Assembly (NCBI RefSeq): GCF_036321535.1
Contig: NC_087455.1
Coordinates: forward strand, 992,001-1,056,000
Direction: 5' to 3'
Source of the DNA: Camelus dromedarius
Taxonomy: Eukaryota
DNA: 64,000 bases
The first letter of the stretch is position 1, and every line of letters starts with the position of its first letter. Position numbers and translations under genes: made by a program. Shown here in pieces: positions 1 through 14,600 of this stretch. The notes beneath the pieces were generated by a model. That model was not told where the DNA came from. It saw only the letters and a list, made by a program, of their open reading frames with translations, and did no database searches.

Positions 1-93
1 TATCCTCCCTACTTCTTCAAATTATGTGTTCAGGATCAAGTTAACAAAAATTAGGCTAGAACAGGGATATGCGTGAGGTTGACACATTCAGCC

Positions 94-104
94 TTTATTA
101 TAAA
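94..104. terminator. Overlapping poly(A) signals: AATAAA on - strand (94-99) and variant TATAAA on + strand (99-104); candidate 3' end of TIGD5 and of the convergent neighbour (PYCR3 by synteny)
   Basis: Sequence is CTTTATTATAAAG. It is the first canonical minus-strand hexamer I found downstream of the TIGD5 stop, with a U-rich tract further downstream on that strand. The neighbour's identity is inferred from recalled human synteny only. Confidence 0.4.
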
Positions 105-3100
105 GCACACGGGGCCCAGTTGGCCAGTAAACTCTATCAGTGAGGCTGATGTGAAAGGGGCCCAGAAAGAACACGCACCCTGCGCCCACCCTAGGACCTG
201 CCACTGGAGCTGAGCCTCACCCTGCCTGGGCTCCCTGTTCGCAGGCTCCCCCTGGCAACCCTGACCTCCTCTCAGGCCAACTGGAGGACTGACCCCTCAG
301 CCTGAGGGCGCTCCCCTTCCGCACCCCTAAGCACACACTCAGCCCATCAGGCAAGGCTGGCCTCAGACAGGCTTCCTCTGACCTGCCGCCTGGCCTCGCC
401 CTCCCAACCCCACAGGTCAGGGTGCTTTCAGCAGGAGCCTGCGAGCTCACCTTTCCATCTGCAGGGTTTCCCTTGCATGCCCACTGCCAAACCCTCTGGG
501 GGCCCTAACGGTGACTCTGACCCAGAGCCACTTTTTGGAAGGTGATCTTCACTGCCTCAAGGCATCGTTACAGCACTGTGAACAGCAGGAGGGGAGGCTG
601 GTGGCTGTGTCCCTGAGCACCTCCCTGGCTGTGGGTGTCCCCGCCCCACCAGGGAAACATGTCTCCCTCCAGGGCAAGAAAGCTTGTCTCCGGCGTGGTG
701 CCCAGTGCTGCAGGTGATGGCTGCTGAAGACACTAGCAGCGCCAACTCCAACCTCCCCCTTGGTGCCATCAAACACCTCTCTCTCCTTACTGTGCACCAG
801 GGTGGCAAACTCAAAGGCCTGGGGCCCAGCAGGCCAACAGCATGGAGGCCACCCAGCTGGGGTCCACTTTGGCGATTCTCCTGCAGAGACAGCCTCTAGC
901 GTCCCCCGTGGGAAGCTCTGACCAGGCTGTCCCATGGTTTCACACTGAGAGGAGCCCAGGGAGGGAGTGACAGCCACCAGAGCTGGGGTGGGGCCCCAGG
1001 TGCCCGCCCACCACCCACACACTGCTGCAGGCCCCCGGCTTGGAGGACCCATGTCTGAGGCCACCCTCAGGGGCAGAGCCACCCCCTCCGTGTGCAGGGC
1101 TCAGTGCCCATGGCTTCTGCCTCACAGCACCAACACCTCCATTTTTGAGAGGATACCTTTAGAGGAGGTCCTGGCCCAGCAGAGAGAAAGAGCTCTCAGA
1201 CCCACCCTGATGGCCACCTGGGATCTCCAAGGCCCCAGGCCATCCTGTGCTGTGCCTCATTCACTCAGGGCACACCCAGGGCCATGGGGACTTGCCAGAG
1301 CCACCTCCTAGGGTGCAGCCTTGGCTCCCTAGAGGGGACGAGACTGGTGGGACGTGAGGAGAGGGAGGCAGGAGGTTCTGTCCTGACACTGGTTCCCAAT
1401 ACTAACTGCAGCCTCCCCACCCAGGCCCATGGGGAGAAGAGGGAGACTCAGCAAGAGGTGGGGCGCTGATGGCGGCTGCAGGGCACTGCTGAGGCCGCCC
1501 TCACCCACTGCCCACGTGGGGCTTGAGGTCTCTGTCTCCACACACCCCTGCAGACAGGCCCAGCAGAGCAGAGGCCCAGCAGACCGGCTATTGTGACCAG
1601 GAGCCCCAGGCTGGGTCCCTACCAGCCAGAGAGGCAGATGGAGTAACATGCAAGCTGTCCTGAAGCCTGATGCCAGCTGCTTGGCTAGATCCAGGTCCAG
1701 CTGCAGTCTGCCTCCTGCAGGTGTGTGGACCTGAGACAGCTGGCAGCGGATGTGCCAGCTGGGCCCCAGCAGGTGTGGCAGGAGGCTGCTGCCCTGGCCT
1801 GGCCAGCCAAGCCTCCCTTCTCTTGCTCCCAAATCCTCCACACCTTCCCCTAGCTTTCAGATTTGACATATACACATTCTCAAATACACTTTTTTGACCA
1901 GGGATGGTTCCAAGGAACAGTTTACGTCCTTGCTCCAAGGGTGCCCCAGCTGCCTCCCCACAGCGCACAGCCATTCCCTACCACGAACATCACCTCTGCA
2001 GCCTCTGCAGTCTTGGACCCCCAGACAGATGAGGCAGTTGATGAGGGGAGAGTGCCAATATGCACGCAGCCCCTCAAATCCAGGCCCCCTGCCCCTCACA
2101 AGGGCTCTGGACATCTCTGCAGAGCAGCCTCTGGGAGATCTGGATATCTCAGCCTCAGGTCACCAGCAGGAATCCTGAATCTAGAGCCGGAGCAGAATGA
2201 GAGCTGGACAGGAACACAGGAGCCCTTCCCTTCTCCTTTCAAAATGTGCAACCCAGACGCCAAATCCCCGGGCTGTGGGCCACACCCTCAGCAATGCCAA
2301 GACAGGGGTGGAGGAAGCCTCGGGGGGGGGGGGGTGAGCTGGGCAGGAGGAGCCCTGGAGGGAGCAAAGGCACAAGGATTGTCCTGTGTGTGGCTGTCAG
2401 TGCCACGGGGCAGCTCCCTGGAGCCAGACGAAGTGGACCGTGGCTGGTCCACTCACTGGTCTGGTCACCAGGGCCCAGGTCTAGTGCTCGCCAGCCCCAC
2501 AGAATGAGAGCTGCTCAGGATGGAATTTTCTTAAGGAAAATTGAAAATCCGAGTGGACCACAAACCTGCACCCCTTGCTGCGTCCGGAGCCTCAGGAGGC
2601 CCCGCTCTCCCTTCCAGCCCACGTAGCTGCCCGCCCTCCGAGATGGCCCGGGCTAGGGAGTGACACCCCTCCCTCTGGGTTCCTGGAGAGTATCCGTAAA
2701 AATGGACTTAATACACTAAAACCAGAAATGACTGCTGTGCTTCCCGCTGAGACGACCGGCGGCTATGGTGTGGGAATCACGCAGCATCAGAGCCCAGTCA
2801 GAGGGGTGTGCCGGCCCCTGTCCAGTGTAAGTGCTGGGCCCTGGAGGCAGGGGTCAGGGAGTAGGAGGTGTGGGCAGGAGTGGGGCTGGAGGCCTCAGCC
2901 CCACAGGGGCCAGGGTGGGAACACAGCAAACTGCTCTGTAAAGTGCTGTGGTGTGTGTGTGTCTGCTAGGCCTGCGTGGGGGGAGCCCTGGCTAAGAGCA
3001 CAGACCCAACATGTGTGCTTGCCCAGGAAGGAGGGGCAGGAGCCCGGGGTCTCTTCTAGCTACCCCTACATGAGTCAGGGGGACCAGTGGAGGGGATGAC

Positions 3101-3272
3101 CCTTCACCTACAGAGCTCCTCAGAGCCAGGCTGGGCTGGGATCCTGCAACTCCTGAGCCATGGGCTGGGCCACCCCAAGGGAGGGAGGAGGTGGAAAGGG
3201 GAGACGATGTGTCCCCTCCCTCCAAGTGCAGCAGGAGAAAGGCCACTGGGGGGGCTGCTCGGGCTGGCTGGG

Positions 3273-6050
<2,778 letters not shown>

Positions 6051-9000
6051 CGGCTCTGGGCCTCGGAGGACAGGCGCGGGCCCAACCTTCGGGAAACCTT
6101 GACAGCTCGTGAATGCAGGAAATAAGGACGTGATTGCTGAGTGACTAGAAAGAAACACACAGCGTTCTCTGAGAGTGACCGAAGGCCTTGACTTGGATAA
6201 GGTGGTCCGGGCAGGAAGCGGTGTCAAGCCAGTGTCTGAAGGGGAGAGTGTCGCCTTCCTGGAAAACGGGCTCTTTAAATGGAACGAAGAAGGGAAAGCC
6301 AAGGGGGTGGCAGGGGTGGGGACTCGATGGAGGCAGCACCGCAGGGTTTGCAGAATCAAGGGCTACCCTAGAGCAAGAGAGTTATTTGTGTGGCTAAATT
6401 TGGGGTGGTCCCTGCCTGTTGCGGGAGCACCTCTTACATTGACCCTGGCAGGTAACCCGCTAGGGAGTAGGCCTGGTCTGGGTCAGGGAAGGATGCCTGG
6501 TGTTACCTCAGAAGCGGCCCTGACAGCCCGACTTCCTCTGGGCGCCATCAGCCGGTAAGTGGGCTGGTTCAGATGTGACTCAGTTGTTCCTGAGCCCCTT
6601 GTGCCCAGCTCTGTTGGCAGCTGTTCCCTGAAAAAGCTCCTTGCAGAGTGCCTGGCACACAAACTGCAAGGAGCAGGTGCTCTGCCATCTCTGCAGGGCA
6701 GTCAGCCCTGGGCCTCATGGGAGCCTGGGCAGAGTGGTGTCTTCTCGTGGTCAGTGGGGTGACTGCCCTCTGGAGGAGGCTGGTGCAGGACCAGCCTCCT
6801 TGGCTCCACTGCTGGGGAGCTGGGTGAGGCTGCAGGGTTCAGCAAAGGTGGGCAGACGTGCTTGATCAGTGTTTGTGAGTGGAGGTTTCTTGAAGGTGGT
6901 GTTTTAAAAAAGATCACGTTGTGAATATCTCCAACGTATTGTGCTCTGGTGTCAGCTTTTTAGGGGGCAAGCAAGAAATGCTGGTCTGAGCCCTGGCCCT
7001 GTGCTGATATTTTAAGATTACATGTGTAAATTCAAAGTGGACAGCAGTGTGACATTGGCATGAAGTACAGGCACCAGTGAGACACAGATTGCCAGGTCCT
7101 CACCTCACCTGGAGCTACAGTTTCCCGAACTCCTGTTTCCCAGCTGTGAGGCTTGGAGGCATACATGAGAAATCAGGTGTACACAGGATGGTTAACAAAG
7201 CAGGTGCAGTGTTGGAGTTGCCCACAGGGAAGGGCGTAGAGGTGCCTGGCAGTCAGGGTAGATAGACCAGGGCAGCACCAACTGAGACAAATAGAACTGA
7301 AGGCCATGGCACTGCAGCACAGACAGCAGGGCAGGTTGGCATTTCTGGGTGGTGCTGGACTGTCCAGGAGTCAGAGGTAGGAAAGCATCTGACTAGGAAT
7401 TTGGGGCATGGCATTACCGCCTAAGGAAAAGCAGAGGGCATCACTCCCACACAGTAGCCCCACTGTGTCACTGTTCTCATCGCCTGAAACATGGCCAGTG
7501 CCCACCACTGCCCTCCCGGACACTGCCCGTGGGGAAGCTCTATTGTGCAGCAGTGGTCTAGACCACAACAGCGGGGGGTGGGGACCCCACCCCTATCTGC
7601 CTGCAGTTCACACCCATTCTCACTTCCTGTGGAAGGTGGAGAGAGCTTTGATTCCCTGGGTGGATGATGCGGGAGTCCTTCTTTGTGTGCGACTGAGATG
7701 AGATGATGTGAGCACGGGGATACCTGGGGCAGTGTTTGGGAAATGGGAAGGTGCAGAAGGCAGAGCCAGGGGAGGGGACAACCCCCACCCCTCCCAGAAA
7801 CCTTCCTCATTCACCCAGCCTCCTGGGGCCTCTGGGCTCCCTGGCACCTTGGTGTGGCTCTGCCAGTCTGTGTCCTCGCTTTACTTCAAGACTTTCCAGC
7901 CAGGAGTATCCAGGATGGGGGCTGCTGCTAGGTTCCCTGTCTTGGCACTGCAAGAACTGCCCTTCCAGGACAGAGGCCAAGAAGGGCCCTGAGTCCCAGC
8001 ACAGGCTTTGGAGAACGTGTCTGTCTTGGCACAGCCGTGGGCGCTTTCTGCACTGGGTGCTGAGCTGGGAGGGTTGCAGAGGAACTGCTGCATCGCTGCT
8101 TCCACCACAGGTCCTCGTGGCCAGGTCGGGTGCAGTGCCTCCAGGGCCTCCCACCACCTCACTGCCCCCTCTTGTGGGAACGGTCTTAATGCACCTTATG
8201 GACCAGGGGTTGGGCCTTAGCGGCGGGCCGGTGAGTGGGAGGGACCCCTGAGGCTAGTTGCCTGGCGTCTGGGAGCTCTCTTCCCGGGGCTCCGCTCTGT
8301 TCTGGCTGGGGGAAGTGCAGCAGAGCAGGGCCCGCTGTCCTGTAGGCACACGGCATCCTGACTTTAGGGCTCTAGGCTGAGGTGTCTGTCCTCGAGAGGA
8401 AGTGTTCAAACTCAGACTTGCTTTTCTCCAGGAAGAGATGGGTCTCATGGAACCTGGAGGCACTCAGGGACAGGGAGTGGAGGTGGGCTTTTGCATCTGA
8501 TGCTAGGGGGCTGTGTCACCTGTCCTGGGAGACCCAGCAGCAAGGCAGGGGACTCTGAGAGCTACCTATCCCCCCACCCGTGGAGTCTTTCTGGGTGCTC
8601 TTGGCTTCACGCCAGGAGGCACTCCACTGTGTGTGGCCAGCCTTCAGGTGATGCTCTCCTGTGGTGTCTGGAGAGCCCTCCTTCACCCAGTGCTTGGCCA
8701 CATCCTCCCCCTGGGAACCTCATCACCTGAGAAGCCCCAGCGGTGGGTGTCTGCAAGGAGCCTACCATGACCTCCTGTGCACTTCCACCTGCTGATGTCC
8801 TGTGTTCACCCTGCTCCCGCAGGGCACGTTGTATATCCCTGTCCAGTGGTGGCTGATGCAGGCGCTCCAGCGCTGGCTGCAGTGTGGGGTAGACGGGAGG
8901 GCAGGGGCATGGGTGGCAGGGCTCCTATGGGAGGAGGGACAGATCCTCAGGTCTCTAGTCACTGGGCAGCTGGGGGCCCCTGGGACAGAGCGGGACAGAT

Positions 9001-9642
9001 CCGCTGCTTATGTGTGTGGTTCCCCCAGCTCCTGGGCTGCTGCCTCCTACGGATTCGGGTGGGGCACCTAGTGTCTCCCCACCTGTCCTTTTGTGCACAC
9101 CAGGAAGGCATTGTGTCCCTGAGAGTGCTTTGGTGGGAGCCTGCGGGGACAGTGGCACCCTGCCCACCTAGCCTCTCACCCTGCCCCAGCAGTGGCCCTG
9201 CTGAAGGAGAAGGCACTGGGGCTTGGTGGCTACTGAGACCTTCAACAAGGTCATCTTGGGCCTGGTCCAGCGGTCTGGACCCAGTGGCTGTGCAGAGAGG
9301 GGGATCCCCTCCACTGCAACGGCTCCAGGTGGACAGTGGGGACACCTAGTGCTGGCTCCCCTCTCCCAGGTTGGCTCAGCTTGGTGGGGAGCGGTGGGAG
9401 GGGCACTCAGATGGTGCCCCCCAGGATCTGCCCATTTCACATGAGGATGGAGCAGTGCTGCCCTGAGCAGTGGACCCAGCCACCTCCTGGGATTTTGGTG
9501 GTGGGTCTCGCCCTGTGTCTTCTCCATCACCCTCGCCTCCACGCTACCTCACCGAGCAGCGTCTGAAAAGGCCCTCCAGCCTGCTCAGGCCGCCCTGTCT
9601 GACTGCCTCTAACCTTGCTGCTTTCTCTTCATGCTGTCCTAG

Positions 9643-9657
9643 GAGATCAAAGTGAAA
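9643..9657 (+). other. EEF1D: EEF1D 15-nt non-coding 5'UTR microexon (GAGATCAAAGTGAAA)
   Basis: Branch-like CTCTAAC, pyrimidine tract CTTGCTGCTTTCTCTTCATGCTGTCCTAG, then a consensus donor AAA|GTAAGT. Confidence 0.65.
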
Positions 9658-11104
9658 GTAAGTAGCCCGCTGCGTTCCCTTCATCTGAGCCCAGAGACCC
9701 CCAGACTGGCCCTCAACCTGCCCGCCGTCCTCACATACCTGTGGGGCCAGGCTGCAGGCCTCGGTTTCCTTGTCTGGAGCAGAGTCCGATCCTGTCGGTG
9801 TGGGCTCGGCTTTCCTGGGCTGAGCCAGTTCCTGCCTGTGAGTTGGGTGGGCATCCCCTGAGCACCGTCTGTAGGCATGGCTTGGAGCTGCAGCCTTGCC
9901 AGCCCCCGGTCCCAGACCCTGTCCCTGGCTCACGGGCATCTTGAGCTGCGGCCCTCAGCTCTGAGCAGAGCCTAGTCTGATGTCAGGAGCAAGGACAATG
10001 TTTAAGTCAGTAGATTTATGTGGGACTCTGGCGCTGGGGGCTCAGCCTGGTGGGCAGGGCTGAAGGGACTGGACCAGCCCAGACCTGCCCTGGTGAGGGG
10101 TCAGCCAGGAGCTTGCTGTCAGAGGGCAGTGGGTGATGTCACAATGCCCCCCCTCCTGGGCACACTTACCGCCTCCCACCACTGCCTCTGCCGTCAGCCT
10201 GGCCTTGGTAAGTGCTGCCTCCAGCCTAAGGAGGAAGGCTCAAGCCCGCGGGCCCACACTGGAGCAGGGCCTCTCCCTCAGGAGGGACCTCTCTGAGCCT
10301 GGGGCCTCAGTCCCTGCCATAAGAGGCCTGCGGCATGTGCTGTTAGAGGGCCCCCCAGCGTGCCCCTTCAGAGCACGAGGGGGGATCTCCCTGAAGTCCA
10401 GGGCAGGGGTGGGACTTAGCCCCCATGTCCCACAGAGTAATAGGAACTGGGTTTTCGTTTTGTTAGGGGGTGTTAGGAAGGGGGCGTAGACCCTGGACTG
10501 AGTGGTGGGAAGAGTTTGCCATCTGGGGTGAAGGTAGCGTGAGGCAGAGTCAGGGCCTCTGGGGCAGCGGATGACACAGGTCCGTCTAAGCTGAGGCTTG
10601 CCCACCCGCCCCAGTAGCGGGTGGGGTGCAAAGCCCCACACCCTTCTCCCACTGTCCCAGTGACAGAGCCCTTACACCAGAAGTGCTGATGAGAGGAGGG
10701 TCCCTGCATCCGAGGACAGTACTTGGAGGTTCCCACGTGGCCCCTTTTAGTTCGGGTGCACCCACACATGTGAGCTGATTGCCTCCTGATTGGGGAGCAG
10801 CTGCCACTGACCAGGGAAACTGGTCCTCACTCCCTGCCTGAGCTCCTCTCCTTTGAGATGGTCACTTCCTGGTGTCTCTCCTGATGTGACCTTGTGGGGT
10901 TGGGCACTACACCCTCTGCTCCCAGCTGCCCACTGGGAGGTTGCCCCTCGTCTCAGACCCTCACAGCTCCTCTCGGGATATGCCCTGCTCAGGATGGCGG
11001 GGTGGCCATGCGGGTGTGGGGGACTCAGGCCCGGGCACCGTGAGGGGCCATCTTCCAAGACCACCAAGTGCATGTCTATAAAACAGAAACCCCAGTGCCT
11101 CTGG

Positions 11105-11279
11105 GAGGTGGCCAGACTTAGCAAAAACACAGGACGTCCAGTTAAAATTTCAGATGAACAGCGAATAACGTTTCAGTATAAGAGTCTCAGATGTCTCACG
11201 GGACATATTCATTCTAAAAGTCATTTGCCATTGATGTGAGAATCAAGTGAGTGCGTCCTGTATTTTATCTGGCTGCCCT
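11105..11279. mobile_element. MER53-like palindromic non-autonomous DNA transposon (MITE) remnant
   Basis: Left arm GGTGGCCAGACTTAGCAAAAACACAGGACGTCCAGTTAAAATTTCAGATGAACAGCGAATAA and right arm GCGTCCTGTATTTTATCTGGCTGCCCT are mutually complementary and match my recollection of the MER53 consensus. Confidence 0.7.
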
Positions 11280-11654
11280 CCTTGGAGGTTCATAGGAAAG
11301 GCTTCTGTAGCCAAAGATGTTTGGGAAGTGTTCCCCAGACCCCTCTGGAGAGCCTGGGTGCCCTGCCCGTTGGATCAGAAAAGACAAGCTTTGCAGTTGG
11401 GAGGATGCATGCACACACGGCACACACAGCACACGCATGTGTACGTGTGTGTCTGTCAGTCGCTTCACGGGGTTGCCTGTGCACTCCACTCCGGGTCTTT
11501 GCCTGTTGCCTCACAGAACCCCCAGGCACCTCCGCAGCGGGCGTCCCCCGCAGCCCCGCCAGTCAGGCTGAGCAGGGGGGTGGGGGCGCCGTCTGCAGAC
11601 GGCTCGCGGTGTTGCAACTGCCTTCTCCTGCTTGCTTTTTAACGCTGCGTGAAG

Positions 11655-14600
11655 ATGAGGAGCGGGAAGGCCTCCTGCGCCCTGGAGACCGTCTGGGAGG
11701 ACAAGCAGAAGTATGAGGAAGCCGAGGGGCCCTTCCACGAGCACGAGGCTGTGCGAGCCACCGCCCCCGCCACCGCCCAGCAGCTCCTGGCCGCAGCCCC
11801 GGCTGTGAACGGGCCAGGCGGGGAGGATGTGGAGGAGGCAGACGCCCCCGACGGCAGCAGGAGCGACCGCGGGAAGAGCCCCAACGGGAAGAAGCCCCTG
11901 CAGAAGAAGAGGAAGCGCTCCCCGAAGGGCTGGCTCAGCCAGGCGGACCTGGCCCTCGTGGGCCTCTCAGCCGACCACGTCTGGCTGGACAAGCCGCTTT
12001 TTGACCAGGCAGAGAGTTCCTACCACCAGAGGCTGGCAGACGTGGCTGCCCAGGCCCCCTGGGGTCCCTGCACCCATGGAAGCCAGGTTGCCTGCCACCA
12101 CGTGACCTGGGGCATCTGGGTCAACAAGTCTTCCTTTGACCAGGCAGAGCGGGCGTTCGTGGAATGGTCTCAGGCATTGCTGCTGGCTGTAGAGGGGGGC
12201 GGCCAGCAGGCAGCTCCCGACACAGGCCAGCAGGCAGCCGCCCCGGACCTGCACCTCATCCGCCAGCCCAGCCCTCCGGCCAACAACCAGCCCCCACTGG
12301 GCAGCCTGCAGGCGCTCGTGCAGGGGGTGTGGCTCGAGAAGCCGCGGTACGACGCAGCCGAGAGGGGCTTCTACGAGGCCATGTTTGACGGCCACCCTCC
12401 TGGGAAGGTGCGCCTGCGGGAGCGGGCCGGCCAGGCTGAGGGCGCCAGGCGGGGCCGCAAAGACCGGCGGGGCCGCAGCGCAGTGGGAGGCAAGCGGCTG
12501 GAGCAGCGACGGGCCAACGGGGAGGCCCCCTCCGCCCTGCCCTACTGGTACTTCCTGCACAAGGATGCCGAGGCCCCCTGGCTCAGCAAGCCCACCTACG
12601 ACAGCGCTGAGTGCCGCCACCATGCTGCTGAGGCCCTGCGCACGGCCTGGCGCCTCGAAGCCGCATCCCTGGCCCGCCAACCCAGCGCCTGGTCTGGCCC
12701 TTCCGTGTCCAGCCTGAGATCCAAGTAGGAGAAACATGTTGGGTGGATGCCTAGGCTTCTGGGCTGAGGCCAACATGGTCCCCTTCCTACCTCCACCCCG
12801 GCGGGCCTCTTCCTGATTCCTGGACCCCACTGAGTTGGATGCTGGAGCGGGTTGGGCAGGGGTGGCTCTCTCCTCCTGGGAAATTGCGGTCTCCAGGATC
12901 ACCCTTGGGGGTCACTGAGTTCTGGTCACCCCCACCGAGTTGGTGGAGGGAAGGGCTGAGTTTGTCCTGGGCAGGGTTTCCCTTTTGGCCTGGCAACTAT
13001 GGGCCTGGCAGAGGGAGCAATGAAGCCTGGCCCGAGCCTCACTGGGCCTGCCTGGGAATTCTGTCTACCCTGTAACCACCTCTGAGGGGAGGTGGGCATC
13101 TCGGGTGCACCAGCACATGCCAGTGGCCTGAGTCTGGAGGACACCCACTGACGAGGCCAACTGGCCTTCAGCCTGTGTACTCAGGGGTCTTGGAGGAGAG
13201 GGGAGGGGTGGGCAAGGCCAGTGTCTGGCCGTGGAAGGGGCCCCTTAGCCAGCTGGGCTCAGGGGAGAGGACTGGATTGGAGGCGCAGCAGTGGGGAGAG
13301 AGCCTGTGGTGCAGGCGGGGTCAGCAGGGAGTTAGGCCTCCCTGGGCGTGACTCCCAGCAAAAGCCCCTTTGCTCCTCAGTGGGGGTGGATGTGCTGGTT
13401 TGAGAGGATCTGGGCCCTGGTGTGAGGGGCCAGGACATGGGGGGTTGGGGGTGTTCCCTGTTGGGAGTATGGGGGCAGATCATGGAACTAAAGCTGGATT
13501 CATGGTGGCGCCTCATGGGGGCGGGGCACAGAGGGGAGCTCTTGTCACCAAGGGGCACTTGGCGAGGTCCGGTGATGGCCTGGGGTCCTCGGCACAGAGA
13601 GCTGGTGGGATTGGGTCCTTTTCTGTCACACTCAGTGAGGGACAGGACAGTCCTGTGGCATCAGGGTTGTCGTGAAGGGCCAGAGGGAGAAGAGGATGGA
13701 CCCTGTGCTTGGGTCTGGGGCAGCTCCCCTGTCTTGCTGCGACGTGCCAGTGCTCCAGTTTGCCAAAACAGATGGTGGCTGCACCCGCCTCTCAGGCCAG
13801 AGTTCGCCAGCCATTCTCAGACTCGCTGGTCTCAGGATGCCAGAGCTTTCTACCATGGATTTCTACCATGTTGGTGATAAAACACAGGAGGTTATTTGTT
13901 GGAAAATAATAAGGTCGTTATTTGTTAACATATTTCTGCAGAAATAGTTTCCTTGTAACAAAAAGATATAGGAAATAGGGTGGCCTTGTTTTACATTTTT
14001 GCAAATTTCTTGTGTCTGGCTTAATAGAAGGCAGCTGGATCCCTGCACCTGCTTGTGCATTCAGTCTGCTGGTGTACGTTGTCTGATCGACAAATTCAGC
14101 CTTGAACAAATGTGTGATTGGAAAAGGGAGGATCTTGGGAACCCCTGGAGGTTCATGGCTGTACTTTGAGAGCTGCTGGCCTTGGGGATAGGCCCGGGGA
14201 CCATGGGCCTTAGAACGGAAGGAAGTCCAAGGCGGGGGGCAGGGGTAGGGGCTTATGGGCTCACTGTGGTCTGTGCCAGGAACCGCTGGTGCTCTGCTCG
14301 GGGCCTGGAGCCCTTGTCACCCAAGGATGGGACAGCCTGCCTGGCACCCTTGAGGTCTGGGCTGTCGGAAAGGGCGCTCGTGCAGGCCCGCCCTGGGGCC
14401 TGCGAGGAAGCACCCTCTCCCAGCCAGGCTGTCTTAGTCTCTCCTCCCCTTCCTGACAGGAAAATGGCCACAAACTTCCTTGTGCACGAGAAGATCTGGT
14501 TCGACAAGTTCAAGTACGACGATGCAGAAAGGAGGTTCTACGAGCAGATGAACGGGCCCGTGGCCGGCTCCTCACGCCAGGTAGGGACTCTGTGCAGCCG

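Noticed and set aside
500-890. Protein-like fragments on the minus strand (RIAKVDPSWVASMLL, GTTPETSFLALEGD, RCLEAVKITFQKVAL)
   Set aside because: Interrupted by stops and I cannot assign them to any family; a tblastx search would be needed before calling a pseudogene.
1-3272. PYCR3 coding exons expected by synteny
   Set aside because: No pyrroline-5-carboxylate reductase-like peptide in any frame; this stretch is probably UTR, with the CDS outside the window.
11649-11654. MK extension of the long EEF1D isoform
   Set aside because: Starts at a GTG that most likely belongs to the 3' splice site (GTGAAG|ATG).
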